Origin: Vicugna vicugna
Taxonomy: Eukaryota
Assembly (NCBI GenBank): GCA_013265495.1
Contig: MU058636.1
Coordinates: 1,612,001 to 1,676,000, forward strand
DNA length: 64,000 nucleotides
Direction: 5' to 3'
How positions within the stretch are numbered: position 1 is the first letter of the stretch; each line of letters begins with the position of its first letter. Below, one piece after another: positions 12,051 to 25,040 of this stretch. A program made the translations under genes and the position numbers. The notes under the pieces are model-generated. The model did not search any database, was not told the origin of the DNA, and saw nothing but the letters and a program-made list of their open reading frames with translations.

Positions 12051-12739
12051 TTGCTGTGCTGGCTGCCGTTTAAGGTGGCGGTAGTGGCTAGAACAGCAGC
12101 CTTCGCAGGACTGGCTGTGTCCCGGCCTGTCGCGTCTGGCACGGCACCAGCTGGGGCCCCTTCACACTTCTGTCAGATGTGCCCAGCTTGCTTCCAGGTC
12201 TGGGCCTTGGCACGTGCCCGTGATCTGTCACAGTGGACGATGACAGGCTGGGACTGTCAGGGAGGAGTTCATTAGGCAGAAGGTGGTCATGACCCAGGCA
12301 GGCAAAGATGGGGCACCAACGTGGTGTCCTGCACAGTAGGGACCAAGTGGATCTTAGAGGAATCTAGCAGATGGTAGGGGAGTCCAGAGAGGTCCCTGAG
12401 CTAAGAAGAGTTGGGTGTGTTGTTTATACACATCTAAGGAGGCGGGGCTGGGTCTGAAAGGCCAGGGGTGGTTGCAGTTGAGTGCGTCTCACCTTGGGGA
12501 GCATCAGCCCCACGGCAGCCACTGTCGGTGTTGTGAGCGCCTGCTCTACTCTGCGTCCCTACTGCACAGTTTGAGGTTTGGGGAGTTCACTGATCATTAA
12601 CATTTCAAAAAGCAAAATCTAATAGGGTGAACTGATGTAGAGTTGCATAGGTTTTATTTTGCCATAGAAAATTAACTGTGCTTTGGTGGGAAATTGTCAG
12701 AAATCACAGTCTTTACATGGCCAGATAGCACATGAAAGC

Positions 12740-13500
12740 CTCCAGTGTGTGTTTTCCAGCACCACCAAGCAATGAACTCAATTCAGTTCTGACACTCTCT
12801 GCCTGGAGACAGTGTCAGATCTCATTGGTTTGGGGATCAGTCCCACCAGACTATGCGCCTGCCCACCCCTACTTCAGCTGCCAATCGCAAATCCAGGCTG
12901 TGACCTGTGCTTCTGACCTACTGGCTATCAACTGGAGGTTTTCACAACCCCGTCCCTGGGTTCAGTTAATTTGTTAGAGTGGCTCACAGAGTTCAGATAA
13001 GTGTTTACTTACATTTATCAGTTTATTGTAAAGGATATGGATGAACAGCCAGATGAAGAGGTACACGGGGCACGTAGAAAGGGTGTGAAGTTTCCATGCC
13101 CTTCCTGGGCACCCTGCCTCTCCTCGAATCTTCATGTGCTTGCTTACCAGCCCGGAAGCTCTCCAAACCCTGTCCTTTTGCGGTATCATGGAGGCCTTGT
13201 TACACAGGCATGATTGATTAAATCATTGGCCATTGGCGACTGAACTCAATCTCTAGCTCCTCTCTCCTCCCCAGAGGTCTAGGGGTGGGACCAGAAGTTC
13301 CAACTTTAATCACAAGATTGGTTCTCCTGGGAACCAGCACCATCCTTAGGTTTCCTAGGGGCTTTCCCAAAAGTCATGTCATCAACATAGCAAGGTCCCA
13401 TTACAACTCTAATCAGAAAATTCTTAGGGTTTTAGGAGCTCTGTGTCAGGACGGGAGGAAAGCCAAGTGTATATTTCTTACTATAATCACCATATCATAA
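12740..13500 (-). mobile_element. MER21-like solo LTR
   Basis: Recognisable MER21-type text: AATTCAGTTCTGACAC, TAATTTGTTAGAGTGGCTCACAGA, GATGAACAGCCAGATGAAGAG, CATGATTGATTAAATCATTGGCCATTGG. Strand is tentative. Confidence 0.65.
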
Positions 13501-14098
13501 GGTGAAAACAGAATTAAAAGAAGCATTGTACAATTTGACATCTGTTGAGCCATTCTTATCACAATAGCTCCATAATAAGATGAACAGACCCTTCCAGGTT
13601 TCCCTTGGATCCTCACGAGCATTTGGTCCACAGCTCTTAATTCCTCACCAGAGTACTTGGTAAAATATATGGGATCTCAGAATAAATTTTGACTGGAACT
13701 CAGATTCCAAGATAAGGATCACATATCATTGAGATTCCTCATCTGAAGTTATTTCAGATCCTGGTTTGCTTGCTTAAACTCTACTCTGCATACTGAAGCA
13801 TAAACCCTGCTGTCTGGAATACTTATTCATAACTGATTAATGCGAAATTGGGGATATAACTGTCAATTATTAACTCAGTCCCTGAAGATGAAGAAGAGTA
13901 TAATCGTCACGTGTGTACCAAAATAAAAGAGCCGGTTTTTTGTTCTCCATCAGAGCTTGTAATCTAAGCCTTCAGGACTTGAGTCTACAAATGTTTTCTT
14001 GTTTTTATTTGTTTACAAGGCAAAGATTGTACTTTCTCCTTAAATGGATGGGAAAAAATGGGGATTCTTGGGCCTTATGATTAGAAACTTCTGCTACT

Positions 14099-15368
14099 GG
14101 CACATGAAAAGATGCTCAACATCACTAATCATCAGGGAAATGCAAATCAAAACCACAATGAGATATTGCCTCACACCTGTCAGAATGGCTGTTATCCAAA
14201 AAGACAAGAAGTAACAAGTGCTGGAAAGGATATGGAGAAAAGGGAACCCTCATGCACTGTTGGTGGGAATGTAAACTGGTGCAGCCACCACGGAAAACAG
14301 TATGGAGGTTCCTCAAAAAAAAAAAAAATAGAACTATCATATGATCCAACAGTTCTGCTCCTGGGCATTTACCTGAAGAAAACAAAAACACTAATTTGAA
14401 AAGATATATGCACCCCTATGTTCATTGCAGCGCTATTTACAACAGCCACGATACAGAAGCAACCTAAGTGCCTATCAATAGATGACTGGATAAAGAAGAT
14501 GTGTGTGTATCTGCAGTGGACTATTACGCAGCCATAAAAAAGAATGAAATATTGCCATCTGCAGCAACATGGATGGACCTTGAGGGCATGTTGCTAAATG
14601 AAGTAAGTCAGACAGAGAAAGACAAATCTTGTATGATTTCACTTATATGGAATCTTAAAAAACAAATGAACAAACATAACAGAAACAGTCATAGATACAG
14701 AGAAAAAACAGGTATCTGCCAGAGGGGAAGGAGCTAGGAAAGGAGAGAAATAGGTGAGGGAGATCAAGAGTACAAACCTCCAGTTCCCAAATAAATGAGT
14801 CAGGTATGAAATGTACAGTGTGGGGAATACAGTCAATAATTATGTAATATCTTTTGTGGTGACAGATGAAAACTAGACTTATCATGGTGATCACTTTGAA
14901 AGGTATAAAAATATCAAATCACTAGCTTATACCAGGAGCTAACGTAGTATTATAAGTCAATTATACTTCAAAAATAAACTCATAGAGAAAGATCAGATTT
15001 GTGGTTTCCAGAAGCAGGAGGTGATGAGAGAGGGAACTAGATGAAGGTAGTCAAGGTACAAACTTCCAGTTATCAGATAAATAAGTTCTAGAGTGTAATG
15101 TACAACATGATAAATATAATTAACATTGCTATATGTTGTGTATGAAAGTTGTTAAGAGAGTAAATCCTAAGATTTCTCATCACAAGGAAAAAAACTTTTT
15201 TCTATTTTCTTAATGTTGCTTCTATATGAGGTGATGGATATTCACTGAACTTACTGTGGTCATTATGTCATGATGTCTGTAAGTCAAATCAGTACGCTGT
15301 ACACCTTGAACTTATAAAGTGCTGTATGTCAATTATATCTCAATAAAACTGGAAGACAAAAAAAAAAG
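14099..15368 (+). mobile_element. 5'-truncated L1 (ORF2 C-terminus, 3' UTR, A tail)
   Basis: CACATGAAAAGATGCTCAACATCACTAATCATCAGGGAAATGCAAATCAAAACCACAATGAGATA is the L1 ORF2 end. The element terminates in CTCAATAAAACTGGAAG plus an A run. Confidence 0.92.
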
Positions 15369-18300
15369 CAGCAGCTATTCTGCTGGAAATGTCAGGCTTT
15401 AGAAGTGTCAGCCCACAGGTGCGTCACTGCCTGCTGCCCAGACTTGCAGCAAGCCAGCCAAGGGTTCCCTTTCCCTTCTCTTGTTCTAGTAAGTTAGTCA
15501 TCATCTGAAGGCCATGTGCTTCAGAACAAGCCAGGACATGAAGAATCCAACTGGGCCATTCCTGGCCAAAAGCAGAAGGCTTAACAGACACATAACCGTG
15601 ACTGTAAAGTAAGAAGACCAGCCAGGTGGAAAAACCAGTTTAGACCTCCTTCAAGGTAGATGGTGTCTTTCCCATTTATAGAAAAAGAAACTGAGGCTTG
15701 TTGTGCCCAAGACGGCCTGACTCCCGAGGTTCAGCCCTCAGCGTCCATAACGTTGCCTGTGTTAACCTCCCGCAGGTTCGTGTGAAGACAGCAAAGCTTT
15801 CCCAGAGTGCGTGCGCCACAGCTCAGTCTGAGAGACTAAACTGTCGACCAGGGATCCCTGTTTACTTCTCAATTCAGGCTGAAATGTGTTTGAAATAGGG
15901 CTGCTTTCTGTAAATGTTAAGCATGAAAAGAGTCACTGAGTTAGAGACTATCTGGTTAAGAACCCAAATATGGGTTTACTAACGCTTGGTACATGAAAAT
16001 ACCATTTTCCATTTTAAACTTCATTGTGGTTATCTTTAAATACATTAATTTTAATTTTCTAATCTATGTTGTGCCAAAGCAGCACCTGATCATCCTCAAA
16101 GTGCAGAAAAGATCTTCATGGATGGAATGAAATAAGGGTGTGTGTGAGTTGAAAGGACCCTAGATATGGAGTCAGAAATTTCCAGGTTAGAATCAGGTGT
16201 GCCCTTTACCAACTGACCCTGGACAGGACAGCCTCCCTCAGCCTTAGTTGCCTAACAAATAAAAAGGGAACAATAACTTAAAAGGCCCTTCTGGGTCAGT
16301 GAGATAATGTATCATGCTGTTAATCACTGTGCACGTGATAGATACTATTGTAGTATTTTTGTGTTTTAGTTAATAATTTAATGTAACAATCAATAGTGTA
16401 TACCCATTTCAAATTTTTCTTAAAATAATACCTTACATTTGTTCAGTGCTTTGTGGTTACAAAGTAAATATATATATAATTGTTTGGTCCCCATCCAAAC
16501 TCTGAAAGGGTGGTGGAAATAGCTTCATTTTACAGGTGATGCAACCAAGATGACACATCATGGAGTCAGTAAGTGGCAGAGCTGGGGAAGTCCGCTCCTC
16601 ACTGTATTTATTGTGGCTACTTCCTCGTTTTGTAAGGTGGCTTGAACATGTCCTTGATCCGAACCTAGAAAGTGGGAGCTACTTAATCCCTCTTCTAAGA
16701 GCATCAAGGGACATGTAGAGAATGTATAAAGGTAGAATAGGTGCTGGGTACTTCTACTTACCTGAATTTTTCAGGTGAGAAATTCTGCTCGGAAGCTTGA
16801 ACTGGCCAGAGCGTGTCCCTGTGTTGGTCACATCCACCAGGAAGCTGCCTAGCGGCCAGCTTGGCGTGGAGCAGACCTAGTTCACAAAGGAAAGCAATGA
16901 ACTGTTTGAAAAACTGAAGAACAAGCACCCCTGGCTTTCTCTTTGCACATAGGAGAAGGGGCTTCCGTATAATGTGTCATAATCATTGTTTCCCCTCATG
17001 CATTTCATAGGTCCTGGCCATGTCAGGGGATTCTGTGCTGGCTGGGTCCCTGCCCTTCTCCCTGTCAGCCCTTTAAATTCTCACTCAGTTTCAAGGATTT
17101 GGTGAGCTCTGTCAAGCGGGCTGATTACTGTGATATCAGGTGCATTGTACACAGGAGATTTCCTCTGACTTGACCCTAGGAAGACAGAATTTCCTTTACA
17201 GTATTTGTACCGATAAATAATCCCTCAGCTTTTCATAGAAACAGAATTACACCAACAGATAAAAATTAACATTCTGGAAGTTTTTCTTTACAGAATAGAA
17301 ATAAAAGAAGGAGATACTGAGACTAAAAAACGATTTGTTTTTGCCAAATTCAGTTACCTCAGTGAACCAGGTTGTCCCTCCCGAGAAACATCAATACAAA
17401 GAAGGCCCCTTACAGCTCTGGCTGTTTTCAGCCCCCACGCCGCATCTGTGAGCTAGGGCTTTGTCTCATGTCACGGAAGGGAAACGTGCTCAGAGGAGGC
17501 ATGCAGTCTGCCCAAAGCTCCCGGGCGGCTTGTGGGGGCGCCTCCCACTGTAACACACTGTTTCCCTACATAAAACATAGTTTCCACATTAAAAGCTTTT
17601 GATCTTTCATGCTTTGAAGTTAGTAATTCAGGTACTTATATAAGTTTCATTTTTATATGATGAAGCAGTCACAGCAAATTACTGCAAGAAACATTTTCCA
17701 AGCTGAGCAAGTTCCAGTTACCTTACCCCTGAACTCAGCCAGGACCCGGTTTCCTGTAAACCAGGGCTGGATGGGGCTCCTTGTCTGTGTGTCAGAGCAG
17801 GGCTGTAGACATGCTGTAGCGCTGGTCCTTGCAACGTTATACTCTACAGGTAATGATCCTGAGCTAAAGTATTGTAATTATGGTCCCTCCTGACTCCTCC
17901 CCAGGATGGCTGAAACATTCCATCCAGGTTCTGGGAGGAAGAGGAAATATTGATAATTGTGACTTAAATCCCCCACCCAAGGTCGGAAACTGTTCAGTTT
18001 GAGGCGAGTTGTTAAGCTCTCTAAACTATAATCTCTTTGGCTTTATATGATAAATTTAAACGAGATGAACTAACAGTCAGGAACGTCGTCTTACGTTTTC
18101 ATAATACAGTATTGTATTTAATGGATCCCTAACTGAACATTTTTATTCATTTTGGTTTCTTTCTTTGCCTATTAGAGTAAAAAGAGCCTTGTAAATACTT
18201 GGATTTGAGGCCTCTCTGAGAACACTGAGTGTGTAGGAATTAATACAGAAGTTTAAAATATGGCCCGATTTCTATCAAGCAAATACTAAGGGAGAATTGT

Positions 18301-21300
18301 GAATTTAGGGGTTTTGATATCTCAAAGGAGCCGTGAAAGTATGGTCCCGAACATGTGTATTAAAAACACAGTGCCCTTTTTTGTAAGCACACATCACACC
18401 TTGGGAGCAGGCCAAATGCTCCTGTTTGTGTCATCAGCACGATCTGTCTCTCAGAATTTGCCCTGCTCTCCCAGTTGGGTACCTGTTCCATTTTTAATCC
18501 AGTTGTAAACTCTTCATTAGCACTGCTCCATCCACTCAGCCTGCAGCTGCCGTTTCATCCCTGAGGACGGGTGCTGTTTCAGTAGCAGACAAGATGATCC
18601 TAGTATGTGCAGCCACTGAAAGTACAGCCATGGTAAAGGACAGGAGACTGCTTAAGTGTTTTGATATTTTGTAAAAGATACAGCAAAACATTCACTCCAG
18701 AACACCTTTCATATTGCCTTTCTTGGTTATCTCATCACAGGTAAGTAATCTTCAAGTCTGAATAATAAACTTGACTTCAGAGTTTGCTAGTTCTTGGTTG
18801 TCTTGCAGCTAGTTTCTGATGCCACAGTTACCAAAGATATTATTCTCTATGGATCTTTCTTTCGGCAGCTGACGTACTGTTTATATGGTCTGATAAAAGC
18901 GTGAAGGCTGGATGAATCAGTAATGGAAGTTTCCGTGCTTTGGGCTTTTCCCCTACAGCAGTTCGTCCCCATGTGCTGCTTCCTCCCCTTTGATGATCTC
19001 TGCAGCCTTTCTCTGCACCTCCGGGGGCGTCATAGGTACACGCAGAACTGCACGTGCACAGGTGTGCAGTTTGGGCTGACTTTTCAGTGAGCCGTCTAAG
19101 TTCAGCAGTACTCTGAACTTTTATAAACATTTTCCTCACAGAGACTCCACTCCCAAAGTTAAGTCTGTGTGTGTCTAACTGCTCAATTCCATTAACTACT
19201 GCGTTATAGAAACGTACAGGTTTCTTTCCCCAAAGCACTTGTGTGTATTATTATCTAAGACCTTTTAAAACTGGAAAATAAGATTGAAAATTGCCTTATC
19301 CTACTAAAATTCATTGTTATATACATTGGCCCCTGAAAGACAACTTGAAACTTGACACTAGAGGGTTTATAAAGAGGCACGAACTTACTGGTTAGTTTCA
19401 GTAAGTTATTTTGTATAGTAGACTCCTGTACTTAGTAATTACTGACATAGAAACTTTTGCTTTTGTTTTGTTGTTTCAGAAACTCCCTGCCAATTTTATA
19501 GGGGAAACTACCATGTCTCTCCAAGCAATCCTTGACACCTAGAGTGTGAGGGACAGAGCGCACCCACTGGTCAAGATGAGGGGGGTGCTGGTGGGCCACA
19601 CGGCGGGAGGGACCCTGCTCTGGGGTGGGCAACGCCCTCTGCTCTCACTGGCTCTTGGTCGGGGCTTATTTTGCACTGAGAGGCCCCCGGGCAGTTCTGA
19701 ACTTGTGCTGGTGGCGAAGGCACGCAGGCTTTCTCTTCCTCCCATCTCGCTGTGCTTTGCTGGACTTATAAGAATTAGAAGCATCGACATGTTTTCTTCC
19801 TGGGTTAAAAATGGCTTAATTCAGTTGAAATGAAAACAGTTTTAAAAGCATGAATTCCTTAGGAGATCCTACACATTCTGGGACTTACTGTGTTTATTTT
19901 TTCCATCCCTGGGCCCTTAGTTCTGAGTACAGTTTCTAATCATTCGATGGATCAGACACTGGGATCAGCAAGGGGTGGACAGCTGGTTTCCTAGCACACC
20001 GCTGCAGCCTTGACACAGCTGAAGGAAACAGCTTCAGCGGGCTGACCAGACTGTCTGCTGAATAGGCCATCCCCAGGGCTGAGATCCAAGAACGCTGAAG
20101 CATTGTTCAGGGCAGCCTGCAGAGAACTGCAGATCACTGGTATGAAATAAAGCTCTTTTTAGGATTAAGAGCGTGATTTACAGACCATGCTTTTGGTGAG
20201 GTGGTTTTTCTGGTATGTGGTGTGTTTATCAAAGGACAGTGAGTCAAACGTCAACCCTCATTAAAGGAAACTGTACAGGCAAACCTCAGAGGCTTTATAT
20301 TGTAATATTTTTCTCTTGTACAGTTGTGATTTTCTTTTTCATTCTGAACAGTTATTTGGTAAGAGTCTGAATTTTATTTTTCATTTCTGCTTTTTCAGCC
20401 TTCTGCCCTATTTTCCTATCCTTACTAAATTCACGCAGCTGCCGTAGTGGCTTCTCTTTGCTGTGATACCCGGCCCCCTTCCATCTATCTTTCTAGACAT
20501 TAAACCCTATTTTCTTTGCATCAGTTTTGTACGTCAAAGCATCTGTCCTCTTAAAGAGAAACAGAACGCTTTAATTATTTTGACCTTATATTCTTTGTCG
20601 GAGTATATTTCTCCCCACTGATCTTTTAGTAGGACATATATATATACCTTTAAACTTAACTGACCTATCACACAGATATGCCATTCCTGGTCTAGTAAAA
20701 TCCATGGGCTTTTTTCTGTTTAGAATTTACTATTTTCTAAGTTAATTCTCCACCATCCCCACCCAACAATCATAAAGTTTTTTTTTTTAGTAAGAGATGC
20801 TTTTCTTCAAAACTCATACACAGTTTAGCATAGAACATTTAATTAGGCCTTATGAACTGAAAATGAATCACCATATTTTCTCTGTGTGTCTCCTTAATCA
20901 GGATTTAAGAATACTTGTAAAAATACTTACTACTTTAAAAATGAGATCATTTCATTATGAAGTCCTTCCTACAATGAGCTGTCTTACAAACTAAGAAACA
21001 AGGTTTCCCTAAGAGCTAAACTAGCAGGAATCAGCCTGCATATTAGCTGAAGAAGTCATCTCCCCGTAACAGTAGCCCACCGCAGAGGTCACCTGCAGTG
21101 GGCAGCTGTGGGCATCTGAGAACGTCCAAGTCCAGGTGAAGGGACAGGAGTGCTGTCTTCACTACAGCCACGCTTGTCGTGCGTACAGATATGTGTGGGG
21201 ACACGTGCTTTCCTGACCCTCCTCTCACTGGGCTGCGCTGCTTGAGGGCTGGGTCTTGCTTCACTCTGGTCATAGTGTCAGAGTCCTCATCCCAGCTCGT

Positions 21301-22756
21301 TTTCTCATCTCTTTATCAATGAAATAGCAGTTACCTAGAGGAGTCGTGAGGACTGTAAGTGTAAGACACATGGCACACAGACACTGCTGCCATTACGATT
21401 TTTCATCATCTCCCCAGTGGTGCATATTAAGTGCCTATTATAGCAGTACTTCCTCAAACCAGGCCAGCTCCGTGCATCACAGACACGCGCAGACGCCCCG
21501 CCACAAGGGCTGGCGCTCAGGGCAAGTCCCAGCCCAGGAAACACCCTCCTTGTGCTTTGCCCTGCATCCTTGAATGAAAGGAAACTGGGGTCCATGGCGA
21601 TGGGGGTTGTGCCCTGCTGACACCAGAGCGGGCGCGGCTTTAGCGTGCAGAAAAGATTTGAGCCGCACAAGTGTTTAGAAGAGAAAAGACACAAGAACTT
21701 GTCAAAGCCTTCTTATCAGCATGAATACAACAGATTTTGCCATAAGAAAATAGTTTCCCAGTAAAGCCAAGCTCCCACTTGCTTGCTTGTCTTAGGATTT
21801 CCCTTCAGTGTTCTGGAGGTTTTTGTGACTTAGGACAGTATGAGGAGTGGTTGTACTTGGAGGCTGGCAAACATCTGTAATGTTAAATCATATTACTCAT
21901 ACATGTGTACATGTGTACGTCTTAGAGAACATACAAGTTTGAAACTGATTCATTAATCATTATTTTATAGGGAAATTTTAAAACATTCAAAATTTAGGTT
22001 TTCAATTTTTTAATTAAGGTAATTTATATTTTGACAATATATTAAAATCTTGTCCATGCTGAATATTCATCTGAGTATTACCAACTCATTAACAGGATAT
22101 CAATGTGTGCAGTAAGTTAATTCTGTCACCTCATATTTTGCTGTCTTTTGTTTTTAAAAGTCATGGCTTTCCACGTTTTGAAGTTCAGCTGGCTTACAGT
22201 ATTATATTGGCTTCAGGTGTACAACACAGTGAGTCTATACTTTTATACATTACAAAGTGATCACCGCGGTAATTCTGGTTACCACTTGTCACTATACAAA
22301 GTTCGCGCATTTAAAATTTGTATTGTAATGAAGGTATATTTGTCATGGTAGGAGGAATGAACATACTTAATGGTTTTTAGCTTATTTTATAACTTTCAGA
22401 TGTTTAGAAATACGGTACAAGGGCCTTTATTTGCCCCTGGTGGGCCAGGCAGATGGGAGCGGTCGGTCTGCAGATGCGGGCGGGCGGGGAGACGAGGGGG
22501 GCAGGCAGAGGAGGGGCTCTCAGCCCCCAGCGCTGAGCACCGTCATCTCCCGGCGCACCTGCGTGTCACCGAGAGATGGGGCTGAGAGCGTGTTAACGGG
22601 CGTGGACGGAGTGGGTTTTTACCCGCGCGCACAACGAAGCAGACGAGTGACGCTAGAGGCTAAGCACAGGTCCGTTACCTCTGATGGGAAGCACGCCAAG
22701 GAAAAGTGCTTTCTGGATATGAAGCCTGGCGGAGCTTTTCCAGCAGCCCCAGAGAA

Positions 22757-22912
22757 CTATTATTATTTCAAATTTGTTGTAACTTTATTTTTTGTACTTT
22801 TGGGGGGGCAGGGAATTGGCTGCATTTATTTATTTAATGGAGGCGCTGGGGATTGAACCAAGGACCTCGTGCATGGTAAGCAAACGCTCTACCACTGAGC
22901 TCTACCTCACCC
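22757..22912 (-). mobile_element. tRNA-Ala-derived camelid SINE (vic-1-like)
   Basis: Minus strand reads AGCTCAGTGGTAGAGCG...GGTTCAATCCCCAG (A and B boxes) plus an AT-rich tail. TSD CAGCCCCAGAGAA (22744-22756) / CAGCCCTAGAGAA (22913-22925). Confidence 0.85.
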
Positions 22913-24674
22913 CAGCCCTAGAGAAGTAAAGACCGCAGTCCCGGCAGGAAGAACCCCAGCTCTGCCCCAGGCGGACCCGGACAGCTGTCTCAGGGCGTTA
23001 GTCCGCGTCTGCGGTCTCCCCCGTGACCGTTGGGTGCTCCTGTTCAGGTGTGGCCGCCGCAGGCGGGGGCGCAGGGGGCCTGCGGCCATCGACGCCTTCT
23101 GTCACGCTGCTTTGCCCAGTGACACATGATCTCACTTCTTCTCGTATGTCTTTGCCTTCCTTGTCTCTTCCATCTCAGCCATCATCTCCTCTTCTGGCTA
23201 CAGATACAGTCTTTTTATTTTTAAATCCTTGCATTTTTGTCACGTCCCACTCACACCCATTCATCCCCCAGATCTTAATTTAGTACCTACCATGTGCCAG
23301 GCACAGGGAAGATGAAGATGAAAAGACAAGTTCCCTGACCTCTCATTTAGTCGAGTGAAAAACAACTCTCATATTTCTTGTGTCTTATAAAATACAGAAC
23401 ATTTGGATCCAAATAAGACACCTTATTTTATCCTCACAGTAAAAAAGCAGTAAAAAAGTAAAAAAGCAGTCCACATCTTTGACTGGTCTTCCCAGCATTG
23501 CTTAAAACATTGTTTTCTCCTTTCTCTTTGGTCCACGTTGGCATGAAATCAAAGTCTCATCACTCCCTCATTCAAATTCATGCTCCTCTGTTGTTCTTCA
23601 GTGTTTTATTGGCATAAGTTGTTTTTTTAAAATTAAGGAACTTTTCTCGTAACTCTGTTTGCTATAAAGAAAGAAGTACTGGGGCTTCTCTCCACACGGC
23701 CCCAAGTAATCCAGTATTTGTCTCTAAAGTACATGTTTGGGTCCTTCTTCGGCAGACAATCTCTAATAGTAAGCTGCTTAAGGGAACGGTCTCACTCCCT
23801 GTGTAAATCGTCATCCCTTACAGAGGAAGTGCTTGACAGAGGCTGGCTAAATTTAATATAATTTACAGAATTAACTTCTTGTGCCTCCATTTTTTGTCTA
23901 TGAATGATTACCTTCATTTCCCAAATGACCTCAATGTCCCTACTGAGTTTTATCTTGTCTTCAAAAACCTTCTCCATAATTTGAATTTTCTTACCTTCTT
24001 TTCAGCTGATACCCTAGACAATTTTTTTGTCTTCTGGAATTAAATACGGATGGGCTGAATTTCTTCAACCAAATCTATAACTGAATTACTAAGTAGTGCA
24101 GAACCCAAATTCTGTCCTATGATACCTGCCAGTCCACGTGGTCACTAAACCACTAAACACTGCTGACTGGTGGTGAGGCTGTGGGCAGCTGTCTGAAGGA
24201 ACCCAGCAGTGACTGAATCATCTGTCCATATTTTTTTATCAGATGTTCTGTGGTCTGACATCAAATTCCAACTGAAGATCAAGTAAATTGTTCCATTTCT
24301 CCCTTCAAGCCTCATCACCCCATTATGGGAAGAGACGTACATTGCTATAGAAAAGTTTCTCTTAGGTTCTACCCAGACCCCAGCCCTGTGCAATGGCCCG
24401 TCAGGGGCCGTCCCCGTCAACAGCAGCAACGGTGCTGCGCTCATTTCTGCTGATTTTCTAAGTCTGTGTGCATGTCACCGAGTCATGCTTGTGTGAGCAC
24501 ATCGAGACCTTCAGAGTGGTCTCACACGACTCGTTACCTCATTTGAACCTCTTCCACCCATCATGTGACAGATACCATACGTTACAATTAGTTGATTAAA
24601 GCTGACTTTTTAAAGACTGAGGGAAGCACAAAACATGGAAGGCATCTAATGGTCAGCCTGTATTCGTAGCTCTC

Positions 24675-25040
24675 TGTCGTGGTCCATCCAGGCTGCTATG
24701 CTAAAAATGCCACATACTGAGTGGTTTAAACAACAAACATTTATTTCTAACAGTTCTGGAGGCCAGAAGTCTGAGATAAAGCTGCCAGCAGATTCAGTCT
24801 CTGTTGAGGACCCACTTCATGGTTCACAGAGCCATCTTCTCCCTGGGTCCTCTGCATGGCAGATGGAGGAGACGGATCCCTGGGTCTCTTTTTATCAGGG
24901 CACTGATTTCATTCATGAGCCTTCCATCCTCATGACCTAATCACCTCCCAAAGGCCCCACCTCCTAACACCATCACATTAGGGGTTAGGATTTTAACATG
25001 TAAGTTGGGGGTGGGGGGCACAAACTTTGAGTCCATAACA
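24675..25040 (-). mobile_element. MaLR solo LTR (MLT1A-like)
   Basis: ACAGTTCTGGAGGCCAGAAGTCTGAGAT...CTCATGACCTAATCACCTCCCAAAGGCCCCACCTCCTAACACCATCACATT, ending in CATAACA. Confidence 0.85.
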
